This document shows, piece by piece, positions 39,786-50,132 of a DNA stretch of 64,000 nt. Each line of letters opens with the position of its first letter. Position 1 is the first letter of the stretch. This DNA is from Patescibacteria group bacterium (GTDB lineage: Bacteria; Patescibacteriota; Gracilibacteria; UBA1369; PNNO01): contig JBHPIO010000001.1 of assembly GCA_042568575.1 (NCBI GenBank), positions 32,001-96,000 on the forward strand, given 5' to 3'. The translations under genes and the position numbers were made by a program. Under the pieces are notes generated by a model that worked only from the letters and a program-made list of their open reading frames with translations, was not told the origin of the DNA and searched no databases.

Positions 39786-39786
39786 T

Positions 39787-42204
39787 TTAACTTGGATTAA
39801 ATTGTATTGAACGCATTAAGAGATCTTGTTGATTTAGAATCTCATTGATATTTTGGACTTCTTCATGCTCATTTACAAGTTCATATGCTCTGCGAAGCTT
39901 GAGAAGCTCATTTTTGTCAAGATCTTCTAGGTTCTTTTTGTGCGAATCGGCAAGCAAAGCATTTATATATTCAGACACATGTCGTCTTACTGAATTCTGT
40001 ATTTGGTCAGACATATTTGTAGGTAATGTGTCTTGTACATGAATTGCATAAGCATTTAAAGGACTAGTTTCATCCATGATCGCATCAACAATTAATTGAA
40101 TTCCATCGTTAAAGCCCATTTTTGCCAAAGATAACGCAGCAACAAACTTTTCTTCTTCATCCTGCACTTTTAAAGATTCTCTTAAACGGTTCTTTTCCTG
40201 AATCGCTTTGATTTCTCCAACTGCATAGTATCCTTCAAGTCTTACTGACTTTTCATTACTAAAAATCATACTCTTTAATGCTTCCATCAAGCTTACTCGA
40301 TATTTTTTAAACTTCCACAAAGCGACAATTGTATAAGCCCGAATTCTAGAATCTGATGATTCAAGATAGGGAAGTAAGTAATGTGCAAGATTAATGTCAT
40401 CAAAATTTCCGCAAACAGCAATACAATCTGCCTTCATCCTATCATCCTCAGTTTGCAAAAGCTTTAATAAAAACGGAACTATTTCGTGCCTATTGATCTT
40501 AGTCAAAATCCTTATGATCAATGCTTTTATGTCGTTATCCTCTTCATGTGCAAAGAGTTGTTTTAAAGTGTCATTAGCCCTGTAATTTGAAAATGGGTAC
40601 GATCTTTTATGCTTACCACTAAGATCAAATGTATCAAGAGCCTTCAAGGCTACTGTTCGTACTTTCTGATTTTTATTATGTAAACAATCGAGTATTTCCA
40701 GAATCGCTGTTTCGGCCTTCATGCGGCCAAGAGTTTCAATAATTTTAATTCTTACTTCGTCATTAAGATTTTCTTGCTGAAGCTTCCTTGTTAGTATTTC
40801 AACACTGCTCCTATGACCTTTCTGACCCAAAATTTCTACTGCATTCAACTGAATAGCAGGATCCTTTGAATGTAGAAGGTTCTTAACTGATATATGTGTA
40901 TATTTAGATTCATTCTTCAATAAAACGAATAGCATAAATGCCATTATTATGATCATTAAAGCTGTTACCGAAAAATTCAGAAAACTTCCAGTAAAGAAAA
41001 ATTCAAATATAAGAAGCAACCCCATTCCAATCAATGTTCCAAGCGGATGAACAAATCCTTCAAGGAATTCGCGAACTTGCTCCCTGACTTTGGGCTCAAT
41101 TGCGTAATAGGAAGTATGATAAGCACTTTTATGTACAATATTGGTCATTTCAAAATTAGTCTTTGCTAATACTGCAGAAGCAAAACCAAATTTAAACATT
41201 AATGCACCCAAACTTAACAAAGTCACAACTGGATGCAATAGAAGTGAGGAAATTATTCCCAATGAAGAAATAATCCTACTTGCTACAAGTAATTGCATAC
41301 CAAGTGCAAGCGAATGAAATAGAATCTGCAAGGAACCAAGTCCATGTGTTAATTCTTGCTCAACATGCTGACTTTCACTACCTATATTTGCAAATACAGC
41401 ACTTGTAAATTGAAACTCTAAAAGATTATGAAATATCCATTGAGTTAGAATCACTAAGAAGAGAACCTTTAGAAATGGTATTCGACTCATATGATGAAAA
41501 CTCTCTTTAACTTTCTTTAAACTAATTTTCCCAATTTCCTTTTTCTTTTTAAAATGAATGAACGGAAGTTTTTTAAGTATCTGCCTATGAAATAGGATTA
41601 TCGGAACAATCATTATGATACTCACAATTACCATATGCATTAAGTAGATTGGAGCAATTGAAGATGCAAATACAGCAATGAATATACCTCCAATCACACC
41701 ACCAATGGTCTCTGACGATTCAATTATCGGAAACGTCCTTTCACTTTCAAGTGGCGAGAACATATCTTCGATAAATGCAGAATTTAATATATATAGTTGT
41801 GAGAAGAAGATTGAAATGATTGGTAACGTCAAAAAGATAAATCCTGCCTCACTTATTTGACTTATTAATAAGGCTCCAAATAACAATACTGCTGCGATAA
41901 GAGCTGTAAACAAGATTATATTTTCTTTTCTAAATCTATTAATTATGTTTGCATATATAAAGGTTCCAACAATCCTGAAAACTGCATGGATTATAAAGAA
42001 ATAGGGGAGTGCAAGTATCCCAAAACGTGATACGTACATCGAAATCAAAACAGTCCATGTTACAACAAATGCCATTCTATAAAAGAACTGCAGCAGCCAA
42101 GAAATTGATATACGCGACCACTCATCACGAGATATGTTCATGACTTTATTTAGGATTACCCCAATGAATCCACCATCTTTTTTTGTTTTCGTTTTAGTCG
42201 GCAC
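39787..42204 (-). CDS. NTT/TLC-like MFS transporter fused to HEAT repeats
   Basis: About 12 TMs in the N-terminal ~430 aa with F...ES.R.FPI......GG.IGG; C-terminal HEAT repeats (VR..II.TLG, VRT.AL.AL, IRA..I.AL); GTG start. Confidence 0.75.
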   Translation of the reverse strand: MPTKTKTKKDGGFIGVILNKVMNISRDEWSRISISWLLQFFYRMAFVVTWTVLISMYVSRFGILALPYFFIIHAVFRIVGTFIYANIINRFRKENIILFTALIAAVLLFGALLISQISEAGFIFLTLPIISIFFSQLYILNSAFIEDMFSPLESERTFPIIESSETIGGVIGGIFIAVFASSIAPIYLMHMVIVSIIMIVPIILFHRQILKKLPFIHFKKKKEIGKISLKKVKESFHHMSRIPFLKVLFLVILTQWIFHNLLEFQFTSAVFANIGSESQHVEQELTHGLGSLQILFHSLALGMQLLVASRIISSLGIISSLLLHPVVTLLSLGALMFKFGFASAVLAKTNFEMTNIVHKSAYHTSYYAIEPKVREQVREFLEGFVHPLGTLIGMGLLLIFEFFFTGSFLNFSVTALMIIIMAFMLFVLLKNESKYTHISVKNLLHSKDPAIQLNAVEILGQKGHRSSVEILTRKLQQENLNDEVRIKIIETLGRMKAETAILEILDCLHNKNQKVRTVALKALDTFDLSGKHKRSYPFSNYRANDTLKQLFAHEEDNDIKALIIRILTKINRHEIVPFLLKLLQTEDDRMKADCIAVCGNFDDINLAHYLLPYLESSDSRIRAYTIVALWKFKKYRVSLMEALKSMIFSNEKSVRLEGYYAVGEIKAIQEKNRLRESLKVQDEEEKFVAALSLAKMGFNDGIQLIVDAIMDETSPLNAYAIHVQDTLPTNMSDQIQNSVRRHVSEYINALLADSHKKNLEDLDKNELLKLRRAYELVNEHEEVQNINEILNQQDLLMRSIQFNPS

Positions 42205-42237
42205 AATCGTACGGTTTACTTTTGTTTATCTAATATT

Positions 42238-42266
42238 ATTATACAACATTTTGGCTTACTTGTGAA
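42238..42266 (-). promoter_or_regulatory. Sigma70-type promoter of the MFS-HEAT/STAS/PP2C/queA operon
   Basis: TTCACA-N17-TATAAT on the minus strand. Confidence 0.6.
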
Positions 42267-42271
42267 GGTTA

Positions 42272-42336
42272 TTAAATAAAGCAAAACCGTCCGTAGAGGT
42301 ATAAGGAGGAGAAACCTCTGCCCGGACAGTTTTGTA
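42272..42336 (-). ncRNA. Candidate small RNA or long terminator hairpin with an anti-SD loop
   Basis: About 18-bp stem (42282-42300 / 42314-42334), 13-nt loop TTCTCCTCCTTAT, U-rich tail, promoter motifs directly upstream. Confidence 0.4.
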
Positions 42337-42379
42337 ATACTATCTTAGCTACTTTGATATGGCAAAGTCAAACACATGC

Positions 42380-43126
42380 CTACCACAAGCCCTTTCTAAC
42401 CTTTATTTCGAACTTATTAACTGCTTTGAATGTTTTTCCATCTCCTTTATCAACATAAATAAGAACGTAAAAAATACCTATATCTTTAAAATACACATTA
42501 AAATCGAAAGTTTTCTTATTCAAATAAACTACCTCTTCAAAAAGAGGCTTTTCATCTTTAATATGCCGCTTTACTTGATAAATTATCTTTTTTGCAGAGG
42601 CAAAAGCCTGACCTCGTATTCGCAAACCTCTTTTAAGAGTTGTTTTGTTAGGAAATTTCTTTTTGAAAAGGAGATCTCTTGATGCAAAATTCTGTGTATA
42701 GTAAAAGGATTTATCAACACTTGTTATAATCCCAATACCAACAGTATTGTATGCCTTGTGCAGTATGTTTGCCCTGTGCCCAGGACTGTTCATCAAGCCA
42801 ATTTCCGCTTCTATTACCGGGTTTTTATAACCACGGATCTTTGCCAAATTCTCACCAGCCACAACATCCGTAACTCTTGCTTCTTCAAGACGATCAAAAG
42901 GAGTTTTCCCTTGAATATTCTCATGTTCAAAATAATCTTTGCGCGCCATGTCCTTGCTATGCTTTCGTGCAACAATACGCAAGTCCTCTTGCATTCTTAC
43001 TGGCTTAAGACCATGCTTTTTCCTGTCTTTATTAAGGAGTTTAAGCATTTGCCACTCCATTGTTCGGAGTGAATTAGGAAGGAAAATCCTTCTAAAAAGA
43101 TACTTAACATGTTCCCAAAGCGTCAT
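42380..43126 (-). CDS. CAP (SCP/Tpx-1/Ag5) domain protein
   Basis: [40 protein letters not shown]. Confidence 0.9.
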   Translation of the reverse strand: MTLWEHVKYLFRRIFLPNSLRTMEWQMLKLLNKDRKKHGLKPVRMQEDLRIVARKHSKDMARKDYFEHENIQGKTPFDRLEEARVTDVVAGENLAKIRGYKNPVIEAEIGLMNSPGHRANILHKAYNTVGIGIITSVDKSFYYTQNFASRDLLFKKKFPNKTTLKRGLRIRGQAFASAKKIIYQVKRHIKDEKPLFEEVVYLNKKTFDFNVYFKDIGIFYVLIYVDKGDGKTFKAVNKFEIKVRKGLW

Positions 43127-44328
43127 ACACTTTTAAGTAAATGACCCATCTTCTTTTTCTTAGTTTTAAGATAGGACTTATTTCTATTGTGAGGTTTTGT
43201 TTCCAGTGATACACGATCAACAATCTCCAGACCATGGCCCTTTAGACCTATAATTTTTTTGGGATTGTTCGTTAATAATTTGATCTTTTTAATACCTAAA
43301 TCTGAAAGAATTTGTGCACCTATACCATATTCACGTAAATCATCTTTAAATCCCAGTTTTTTGTTAGCTTCAACGGTATCGTATCCCTGATCCTGTAAAT
43401 TATACGCTTTTATCTTGTTAGTAAGGCCAATTCCTCTTCCTTCATGCCTCAAATAAACCAGAACACCATTCTTTTCTTTAGAAATCATTTCAAGCGCAAG
43501 TGAAAGCTGTTTTTGACAATCACATCTTATTGAATGAAAAACATCACCTGTCATACATTCACTATGCATTCGAACTAAAATAGACTTTTTACTATCAACC
43601 TTTCCCATTTTAAGAACAACATGTTCTTTCTTATTCGTTAAATCTTTATAAACACCGAATTGGAAAGTACCAAATTCCGTTGGAAGCTCCGATTCTGCAA
43701 CTTTCTCAACAAGTTTCTCATGCTTTCTTCTGTATTCAATTAGGTCAGCAATACTTATCATTATCAGTTTATGCTTTTTGGTAAACTCGATTAAATCTTT
43801 GAATCTAGCCATTTCTCCATCATCACGAGTTATCTCACAAATTACACCCGCCGGTTTAAATCCAGCTAGTTTTGCAAGATCAGTTGCTGCTTCAGTATGA
43901 CCAGCACGTACAAGAACACCTCCATCATGAGCGCGGAGTGGAAAGATATGCCCAGGACGAGCAAAATCATCGGGAATAGTCTTTGGATCAACTAGTGCTT
44001 TTATTGTTTTATATCTATCAGAAGCAGAAATCCCGGTTGTCGTATCCTTTTTATAATCAACTGGGACAGTAAAATTACATTGAGTAAATTCCTCATTCCG
44101 TTTTACCATCAAAGGTAAATCGAGCCTGTCTGCGATTTTATTACTCAAAGGAACACAAATTAAGCCACGTCCATGAGTTGCCATGAAATTGATAACTTCC
44201 GGAGTAACTTTCTCAGCTGCACATATAAGATCACCCTCATTTTCTCTTTCCTCGCTATCAACAACTACAACGATTTTTCCTTGCTTGATAGCAGAAATGG
44301 CATCTTCAATAGGATGTGTATACTTCAT
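43123..44328 (-). CDS. ribBA: Bifunctional DHBP synthase / GTP cyclohydrolase II
   Basis: [19 protein letters not shown]; [25 protein letters not shown]. Confidence 0.97.
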   Translation of the reverse strand: MKYTHPIEDAISAIKQGKIVVVVDSEERENEGDLICAAEKVTPEVINFMATHGRGLICVPLSNKIADRLDLPLMVKRNEEFTQCNFTVPVDYKKDTTTGISASDRYKTIKALVDPKTIPDDFARPGHIFPLRAHDGGVLVRAGHTEAATDLAKLAGFKPAGVICEITRDDGEMARFKDLIEFTKKHKLIMISIADLIEYRRKHEKLVEKVAESELPTEFGTFQFGVYKDLTNKKEHVVLKMGKVDSKKSILVRMHSECMTGDVFHSIRCDCQKQLSLALEMISKEKNGVLVYLRHEGRGIGLTNKIKAYNLQDQGYDTVEANKKLGFKDDLREYGIGAQILSDLGIKKIKLLTNNPKKIIGLKGHGLEIVDRVSLETKPHNRNKSYLKTKKKKMGHLLKSV

Positions 44329-44329
44329 G

Positions 44330-44917
44330 TTAAATTGAATATCTCACGAATTTCTCAATCTTAATGTTTTCACCAATCTTTGTAATGGAATCCGTAATAA
44401 GTCGTTCGATAGTAAGTTCTGGATCTTTTACAAATGGCTGCTTCATTAAAGAAATCTCATTTCGAAATTTATTTTCTTTACCATCCATGATTTGATCCCA
44501 CATTTTCTCTGGTTTTCCTTCAGACTTTAATTGATCTGTCCAAATTTCTTTCTCTTTATCGATAAGTTCTTGTGGAACATCTTCTGGATTTTGGTAAAGT
44601 GGAGCACTTGCAGCAATATGCATTGCAATATCTCTTCCTAAAGCTTGGAAATCTTCATTCTTCGCAACGAAATCTGTTTCGCAAGCAAAATGTACCAGTA
44701 CACCAATTTGATTGTTTGAGTGAATATACGAAGCAACAACTCCGTTTCCTGTACTTCTTTCTGCGCGTGATACGGCTTTTGCTTCACCACTTTTTCGCAA
44801 ATCATCAATAGCTTTTTCAAAATCTCCATTAGATTCTGTAAGTGCCTTTTTACAAGCCATCATAGAAACGCCTGTCTTACTACGAAGCTCTTTAATCTGA
44901 TCAAGAGTAACTGTCAT
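44330..44917 (-). CDS. tsf: Elongation factor Ts (short form)
   Basis: IKELR..TG..MM.CKKAL, CETDFVA, MHIAA. Confidence 0.96.
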   Translation of the reverse strand: MTVTLDQIKELRSKTGVSMMACKKALTESNGDFEKAIDDLRKSGEAKAVSRAERSTGNGVVASYIHSNNQIGVLVHFACETDFVAKNEDFQALGRDIAMHIAASAPLYQNPEDVPQELIDKEKEIWTDQLKSEGKPEKMWDQIMDGKENKFRNEISLMKQPFVKDPELTIERLITDSITKIGENIKIEKFVRYSI

Positions 44918-44940
44918 GATATATTTAGTTAGTTAAAATT

Positions 44941-45582
44941 TTATTGAGGTTTTTCTTCAGTGTTTTCCGGAGCCTGTGGAGCCTCAGGAGTTTCTGATTG
45001 TGCTGGAGATTGTGGCTCAGCAGGTTGTTCTGGTGCAGCAGGGGGTTGCTCAGTTTCTTGAGCTGGAGTTTCAGCCTTTGGAGCTTCAACAGCTTTTCCA
45101 GTTACAGATCCTACGATTGCCCCTACAGGAATTTTAGCTGCAATGTCAGATAGTACAGGAACTTTAAATTCAAAGCTCTGGATAGCTTTTACAATTCCAA
45201 GAACAGCAACGATACTAGCAGCAAGTAGGATTACTCCTCCAATTGCACCAATAAATGAAGGGAAAGCTAAAACAATAAGTCCAATAAACCAAACCGCAAA
45301 GATCACTAAACCTTGTGAAGCATGTTTTTTACAAAACTCACTTTTTGGGTTCATTGCCATTGCTACAACTCCAAGAAATGCAACATATCCAATTGCAGCC
45401 CAGATTCTTTCTTCTTGAGTAGTCTTTACTGGAACATCAGCAGGATGAGCTGGTTTAGCCGGAGGCTTAGGTGCTTCAGGTGTTTGTGGAGCCTGAGGTG
45501 CACTCTCAGGTGCAGCTGGTTGTTCAGCTTGTGGAGTTGGAGTTTCAGGTTGTTGTGTTGGTTGTGTGTTATCTTCAAACAT
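44941..45582 (-). CDS. DUF4870/Tic20-like membrane protein with Pro/Glu/Ala-rich tails
   Basis: EERIWAAIGY, F.K.HA.QG, three TMs, F..P..; low-complexity ends. Confidence 0.7.
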   Translation of the reverse strand: MFEDNTQPTQQPETPTPQAEQPAAPESAPQAPQTPEAPKPPAKPAHPADVPVKTTQEERIWAAIGYVAFLGVVAMAMNPKSEFCKKHASQGLVIFAVWFIGLIVLAFPSFIGAIGGVILLAASIVAVLGIVKAIQSFEFKVPVLSDIAAKIPVGAIVGSVTGKAVEAPKAETPAQETEQPPAAPEQPAEPQSPAQSETPEAPQAPENTEEKPQ

Positions 45583-45611
45583 AATAGGATGTTATATCTA
45601 AATAAAAAAGA

Positions 45612-46310
45612 TTATGCGGCTTTACTCCTTTTGCTTTTTGCATTAAGAATAGCGTCTTCAACTTTTCCTAGGAAATATTTAACAGATCTAATAGCATCAT
45701 CATTACCAGGAATACAGTAATCAATTTCATCCGGATCAGCATTTGAATCAGTAATTGCAACAATAGGAATCTTTAGTTTCCTTGCTTCTTTAATAGCAAT
45801 ATTGTCACGAACACAGTCAATTACAAATAGAGCATCAGGTAGACGAGTCATATTTTTAAGACCACCGAAGGCTATTTCAAGCTTAGCGATGTCCTTTTTC
45901 ATCTTGCTCACTTCTTTCTTAGTATACTTGTCAAATTGACCAGTATCCTGCTGTTCAATAAGATTGAGGAAATGTTTCATCCTCTTTTTTACAGTAGTGT
46001 AGTTAGTTAAAAGGCCACCAATCCATTTATGAGTAACATGTGGCATGTTACATTTCTTAGCAACAGCCTCAACTATTGAAGCAGCTTGTTGTTTTGTGCT
46101 TACAAAAAGCACATTTTTACCTTCACCAACCGTTTTTTGAAGAAATCCAAGTGCGGTTTGAAGGCTATCAAATGTTTTTTGTAAATCAAAAACATGAACA
46201 CCTTCACGTACGCCATAAAGATACCTTCTCATTTTCGGGTTCCATTTGTGTTTCTGGTGACCGAAATGAACCGCTGCCGAAAGCATTTCTTTGAGTTCAA
46301 CTTGTGACAT
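45612..46310 (-). CDS. rpsB: 30S ribosomal protein S2
   Basis: AVHFGHQ..KWNPKM, W.GG.LTN, IPGNDDA; true start MSQVELKEML at 46310. Confidence 0.97.
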   Translation of the reverse strand: MSQVELKEMLSAAVHFGHQKHKWNPKMRRYLYGVREGVHVFDLQKTFDSLQTALGFLQKTVGEGKNVLFVSTKQQAASIVEAVAKKCNMPHVTHKWIGGLLTNYTTVKKRMKHFLNLIEQQDTGQFDKYTKKEVSKMKKDIAKLEIAFGGLKNMTRLPDALFVIDCVRDNIAIKEARKLKIPIVAITDSNADPDEIDYCIPGNDDAIRSVKYFLGKVEDAILNAKSKRSKAA

Positions 46311-46402
46311 ATCCTTGGGGTTATCGTCCATATCTCTCATTTTGCAGTTAGCCCGGTTAGGGGAGGATTCTGCAATCAAAACATAGACTGGAATAAAATG
46401 CA
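46311..46402 (-). promoter_or_regulatory. Structured rpsB 5' leader (S2 autoregulatory-leader-like)
   Basis: TTGCAA-N17-TACAGT promoter upstream; TTGCAG/CTGCAA stem and TGAGAGATATGGA segment. Confidence 0.45.
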
Positions 46403-46446
46403 TCGCTACTGTAATATAAGACCAATGTAATTGCAAGATAAAAACC

Positions 46447-46713
46447 ATGGAAACACTTGATTCTCTACGCAAAAAAATAGAAACGACAGACCGAAAAATC
46501 ACCAAACTTCTTAAAAAGAGGTATGCTTTGGTTAAAAAAATAGGAGCTATTAAACGAAAACAGAAGATTTCAGTTATACATAAGGATCGCGAGAATCAGC
46601 TTCTTTTAAAGACAAAACTATATTGCAAAGGGTCTAAGGAAATTTTCAAGTATATTTCGAATATATTTAAGCATATTTATAAAGAGTCGCATAAAATCCA
46701 AAAAAAGGACTAA
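46447..46713 (+). CDS. Chorismate mutase type II (AroQ)-like protein
   Basis: L..LRKKI...D..I..LL..R..LV.KIG.IK......V....RE. Confidence 0.7.
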   Translation: METLDSLRKKIETTDRKITKLLKKRYALVKKIGAIKRKQKISVIHKDRENQLLLKTKLYCKGSKEIFKYISNIFKHIYKESHKIQKKD

Positions 46714-46779
46714 GTTGGTTTACAACCAGCAAAAAAATTGGTAAAATGGTATGAAGCATTTAAATGAATAACGTTTCAT

Positions 46780-47328
46780 ATGAACGATATTGCTACATCA
46801 ATCAAAGATAATAGTGACAAACCGGTAAAAATCACAATAACCCTGCCAACTACAGCGTATTTCATGTCAGGGATTCGTGATTTCACATTATCTTTAATAA
46901 GAAATACAACTGATTTCTCTGAACAATGGGCTTACAGATTCCAATCTGTCGTTGATGAATTATGTAACAACGCAATTGAACACGGGTCACAGCCAGGCGA
47001 AGAAATTAAAATTATCTTCATAAATAATCCATCTGACAGCATAGAATTTATAGTGGAAGATACTGGGACTGGTGGAAAAGACGGCAAGAAAGCGGCAGAA
47101 ATTGCAGCACTTGTCGAAAAAAGTTCAACCAACGATGTCCCATTAACTCAACTTAGAGGAAGAGGGCTATCAAAAATAGTGAAAGAATGGACAGACGAAC
47201 TAGAATTCAAAGATAAACCTGAAGGAGGCCTCATAGTAAGAGTGAAAAAAACGCTTACAGATGCCAAAGCAAAGGAATTAAAGCAAGAACTCTCTCTTGC
47301 TGGAGATCAGACACACATTGTTGTATAA
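46780..47328 (+). CDS. RsbW/SpoIIAB-like anti-sigma Ser kinase (HATPase_c)
   Basis: VDELCNNAIEHG (N box), VEDTG.G (G1), RGRGL (G2). Confidence 0.88.
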   Translation: MNDIATSIKDNSDKPVKITITLPTTAYFMSGIRDFTLSLIRNTTDFSEQWAYRFQSVVDELCNNAIEHGSQPGEEIKIIFINNPSDSIEFIVEDTGTGGKDGKKAAEIAALVEKSSTNDVPLTQLRGRGLSKIVKEWTDELEFKDKPEGGLIVRVKKTLTDAKAKELKQELSLAGDQTHIVV

Positions 47329-47364
47329 TGACATTAAATATCAAATAAATAACAAACTTACATT

Positions 47365-47739
47365 ATGCCTACACCTGCTGAAATAACCATAGAGGATGTT
47401 GAATCATCTTCTCCAGAAGTGGTTGTAAAAATAGCTAAATTTTCTGGTCAACTTGATGAAAGCAATGTTGATGATAAAGCTAAACTCATCTACGACCTGA
47501 TTGAACAAAATCCAAAAAATCTAAATCTTATTTTTGATTTTGAGGAGCTGGAGTATATGAACAGTAAATCGATTGGTTATCTCACAGATTGGTACGGGAA
47601 GGTGTATGAGAATGGCGGAAAAATCGTTATTGCAAAGACAAGACCGAATATTTTGGATATTCTTCAAGTTGTAGGACTTACTCAGTTAATTAAAACATAC
47701 CCGACCATAGATGAGGCGAAGTTTGCAATTACTCATTAG
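47365..47739 (+). CDS. STAS anti-sigma-factor antagonist
   Basis: SGQLD, FDFEELEYMNSKSIG, ILQVVGL. Confidence 0.9.
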   Translation: MPTPAEITIEDVESSSPEVVVKIAKFSGQLDESNVDDKAKLIYDLIEQNPKNLNLIFDFEELEYMNSKSIGYLTDWYGKVYENGGKIVIAKTRPNILDILQVVGLTQLIKTYPTIDEAKFAITH

Positions 47740-47750
47740 GCCTCTTTAAC

Positions 47751-48950
47751 ATGACGACGTTATATTGGATTATTAGCGGAATACTAGCCATAATTCCTGT
47801 AGGGATATGGCTTTATATTTTATTTAAAGATACTAGACACGGGAAGGGGATATTGGCTTTGATGTTTTCTGGAGGTATTTTAGCTGTTTTAATCGTATTT
47901 GGATTACAGTTCTTCTGGCTATATTTCCCGGAAATTGATCCATTTTTATGGCTTGAAACAAACATCACCGACCCTACATATTACTTTGTGATTCTTTTTG
48001 TTTTAGTCGGTGTTCTTGAAGAAATTGTTAAACAAGTAATGGTTCGTTTTGTTGATACAAGGACGATACTTGTACAAACAGTTAACGATTCAATAAAATT
48101 CAGTCTTGCGGCAGCGCTTGGATTTGCTTTTGCGGAAAATATCGTTTACTTCTACTCGGTAATTACAGAAGCAGCTATTCAAGACGTAATAGTTACTTTC
48201 TTATTTAGATCAATATTCACGGCTTGTGCCCATATGATCTTCTCTGGAATATTTGGATATTTCTTTGGTATTGCGAAATTCACACTCGATATTACACGGC
48301 ATAGGCACTGGCAGGGAAAAATTTATATTGGAGTACATCTTATGAGCAAATTATTCAAGATTCCATATGCCCAGGCTTTTAAAGAATATAAGATTCTGCA
48401 AGGGCTGGTTATTGCGATACTGTTACATGCTGTCTTCAATTATATGCTTCAAATGAATTACATCCTGCCTGTCATAGGCCTTGTTGTACTCGGATATCTA
48501 TATTTAAGATATTTACTTCACAGAAAAGCAGGTAACTTGATTTTAGTTACAGATATCGATGAAAAGAAGCAATCTTCAATGGGTAAAAAGGACGAAGACA
48601 TCGTTCTAGAATTAATTGGTATGTGGTTCGAACAAAAGAAGTTTGTAGACGTAATGCATATTTGCGAACGCCTTCTCGAAAGAGATCCAGACAACAATGT
48701 AGTAAAACTTTTCAAAGCTAAGGCTATGGATAAACTGGATCCTAACAATCCTTATAGAAAGATTCTAGATACAGTTGTTGGTAAGAAAAGAAGCAATAAA
48801 GACGTGAATACAATCCACCATTATCGTCAAAAGAAAGAGGTTGAAGAGAAGAATGTTTCAGAAAAAAAGAAAGAAAAAATGTTCAGATTCATCGAGGAGA
48901 AGAAAGAGAAGCAGGATGAAATTTACAAATTAGGAAAGATCAATAAATAA
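47751..48950 (+). CDS. PrsW-family intramembrane glutamic peptidase with a TPR-like cytoplasmic tail
   Basis: LEEIVK, LGFAFAENIVY, AHMIFS, LLHAVFN. Confidence 0.88.
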   Translation: MTTLYWIISGILAIIPVGIWLYILFKDTRHGKGILALMFSGGILAVLIVFGLQFFWLYFPEIDPFLWLETNITDPTYYFVILFVLVGVLEEIVKQVMVRFVDTRTILVQTVNDSIKFSLAAALGFAFAENIVYFYSVITEAAIQDVIVTFLFRSIFTACAHMIFSGIFGYFFGIAKFTLDITRHRHWQGKIYIGVHLMSKLFKIPYAQAFKEYKILQGLVIAILLHAVFNYMLQMNYILPVIGLVVLGYLYLRYLLHRKAGNLILVTDIDEKKQSSMGKKDEDIVLELIGMWFEQKKFVDVMHICERLLERDPDNNVVKLFKAKAMDKLDPNNPYRKILDTVVGKKRSNKDVNTIHHYRQKKEVEEKNVSEKKKEKMFRFIEEKKEKQDEIYKLGKINK

Positions 48951-49013
48951 GAGATCTTTACTTTAAAGGCCATCCCATTCTATTATACAAGGGCGCTTTT
49001 TAATGTACGTGAA

Positions 49014-50132
49014 ATGAAGCTAGAAAATGCAAAAATCGCTATTGTATGTGACTGGTTAACTAATTTTGCAGGTGCAGAGAGAGTTATTTTGAAGTTACAC
49101 AAAATGTTCCCTCACGCGCCTATATACACCTCAACATTCAATTCCAAAAAGATGAAAGCCTTTTCGGATGCTGTTATTCATACATCTTTCTTACAAGGAT
49201 TCCCTAAAGCACAAGTTAAACATCAATGGTATTTGCCTTTATATCCATTGGCGTTTGAGCAATTCGATTTAAGTAATTACGATATTGTTATTTCAAGTTG
49301 CCACTCATGTTCAAAAGGAATAGTCACAAAACCAGAAACAATGCATATTTCGTACTGTCATTCTCCAATGAGATACGCTTGGGATAATTCACATGAATAC
49401 TTGAGGACTTACAAGATTCCTTGGCCAGCACGGCATTTCCTTCCAAAAGTCATTCACAAAATCAGAATGTGGGATCGACTTGCTGCCGATCGTGTTGATC
49501 ATTTCGTAACCAATTCAAAATATGTAAAAAAACGGATTGGAAAGTATTACAAAAGGGATTCTGAGGTTGTTTATCCAATGGTTAATACAAAGGACTATTA
49601 TATTTCAAAAGCCAAAAAAGAGTATTATTTAGCGGTCGGAAGATTCACTCCTTACAAGAAGTTTGATCTTATTGTTGATGCTTTCAACGAACTTCCTTAT
49701 AAGTTGAAAATCGTTGGAACTGGTGTGGCAGAAAAAGAGCTAAAGCAAAAGGCGAAAAAGAATATAGAATTTCTGGGATTTGTATCGGAAGAGCGCTTGA
49801 AAGACTTATACGCAAATGCAAAAGCATTAATTTTCCCTCAAGTTGAGGATTTTGGCATCACTCCACTTGAATCGATGGCCAGTGGAAGACCAGTTGTAGC
49901 ATTTAGGCAAGGAGGCGCACTTGAAACTGTTAAAGAAGGGGAGACAGGTATATTCTTTGATGAACAAAATGTTTTGGAACTTAAAGGAGGCATTTTAAGA
50001 TGCGAGAAAACAAAGTGGGATAGCACTAAAATTCGAAATCATGCCAAGAAGTTCGATGAAACTGTTTTCGAAAAAGACTTCATGAAATACTTAAAATCAA
50101 AGTGGCAAAAGTGGGAGAAAGAGATGCGCTAA
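49014..50132 (+). CDS. GT4 glycosyltransferase
   Basis: GAERV, YCHSPMRYAWD, EDFGITPLESMASG.PV. Confidence 0.92.
   Translation: MKLENAKIAIVCDWLTNFAGAERVILKLHKMFPHAPIYTSTFNSKKMKAFSDAVIHTSFLQGFPKAQVKHQWYLPLYPLAFEQFDLSNYDIVISSCHSCSKGIVTKPETMHISYCHSPMRYAWDNSHEYLRTYKIPWPARHFLPKVIHKIRMWDRLAADRVDHFVTNSKYVKKRIGKYYKRDSEVVYPMVNTKDYYISKAKKEYYLAVGRFTPYKKFDLIVDAFNELPYKLKIVGTGVAEKELKQKAKKNIEFLGFVSEERLKDLYANAKALIFPQVEDFGITPLESMASGRPVVAFRQGGALETVKEGETGIFFDEQNVLELKGGILRCEKTKWDSTKIRNHAKKFDETVFEKDFMKYLKSKWQKWEKEMR

Noticed and set aside
46311-46505. 65-aa N-terminal extension of RpsB in the ORF track
   Set aside because: It spans the leader and promoter and overlaps the divergent gene; S2 homology begins at 46310
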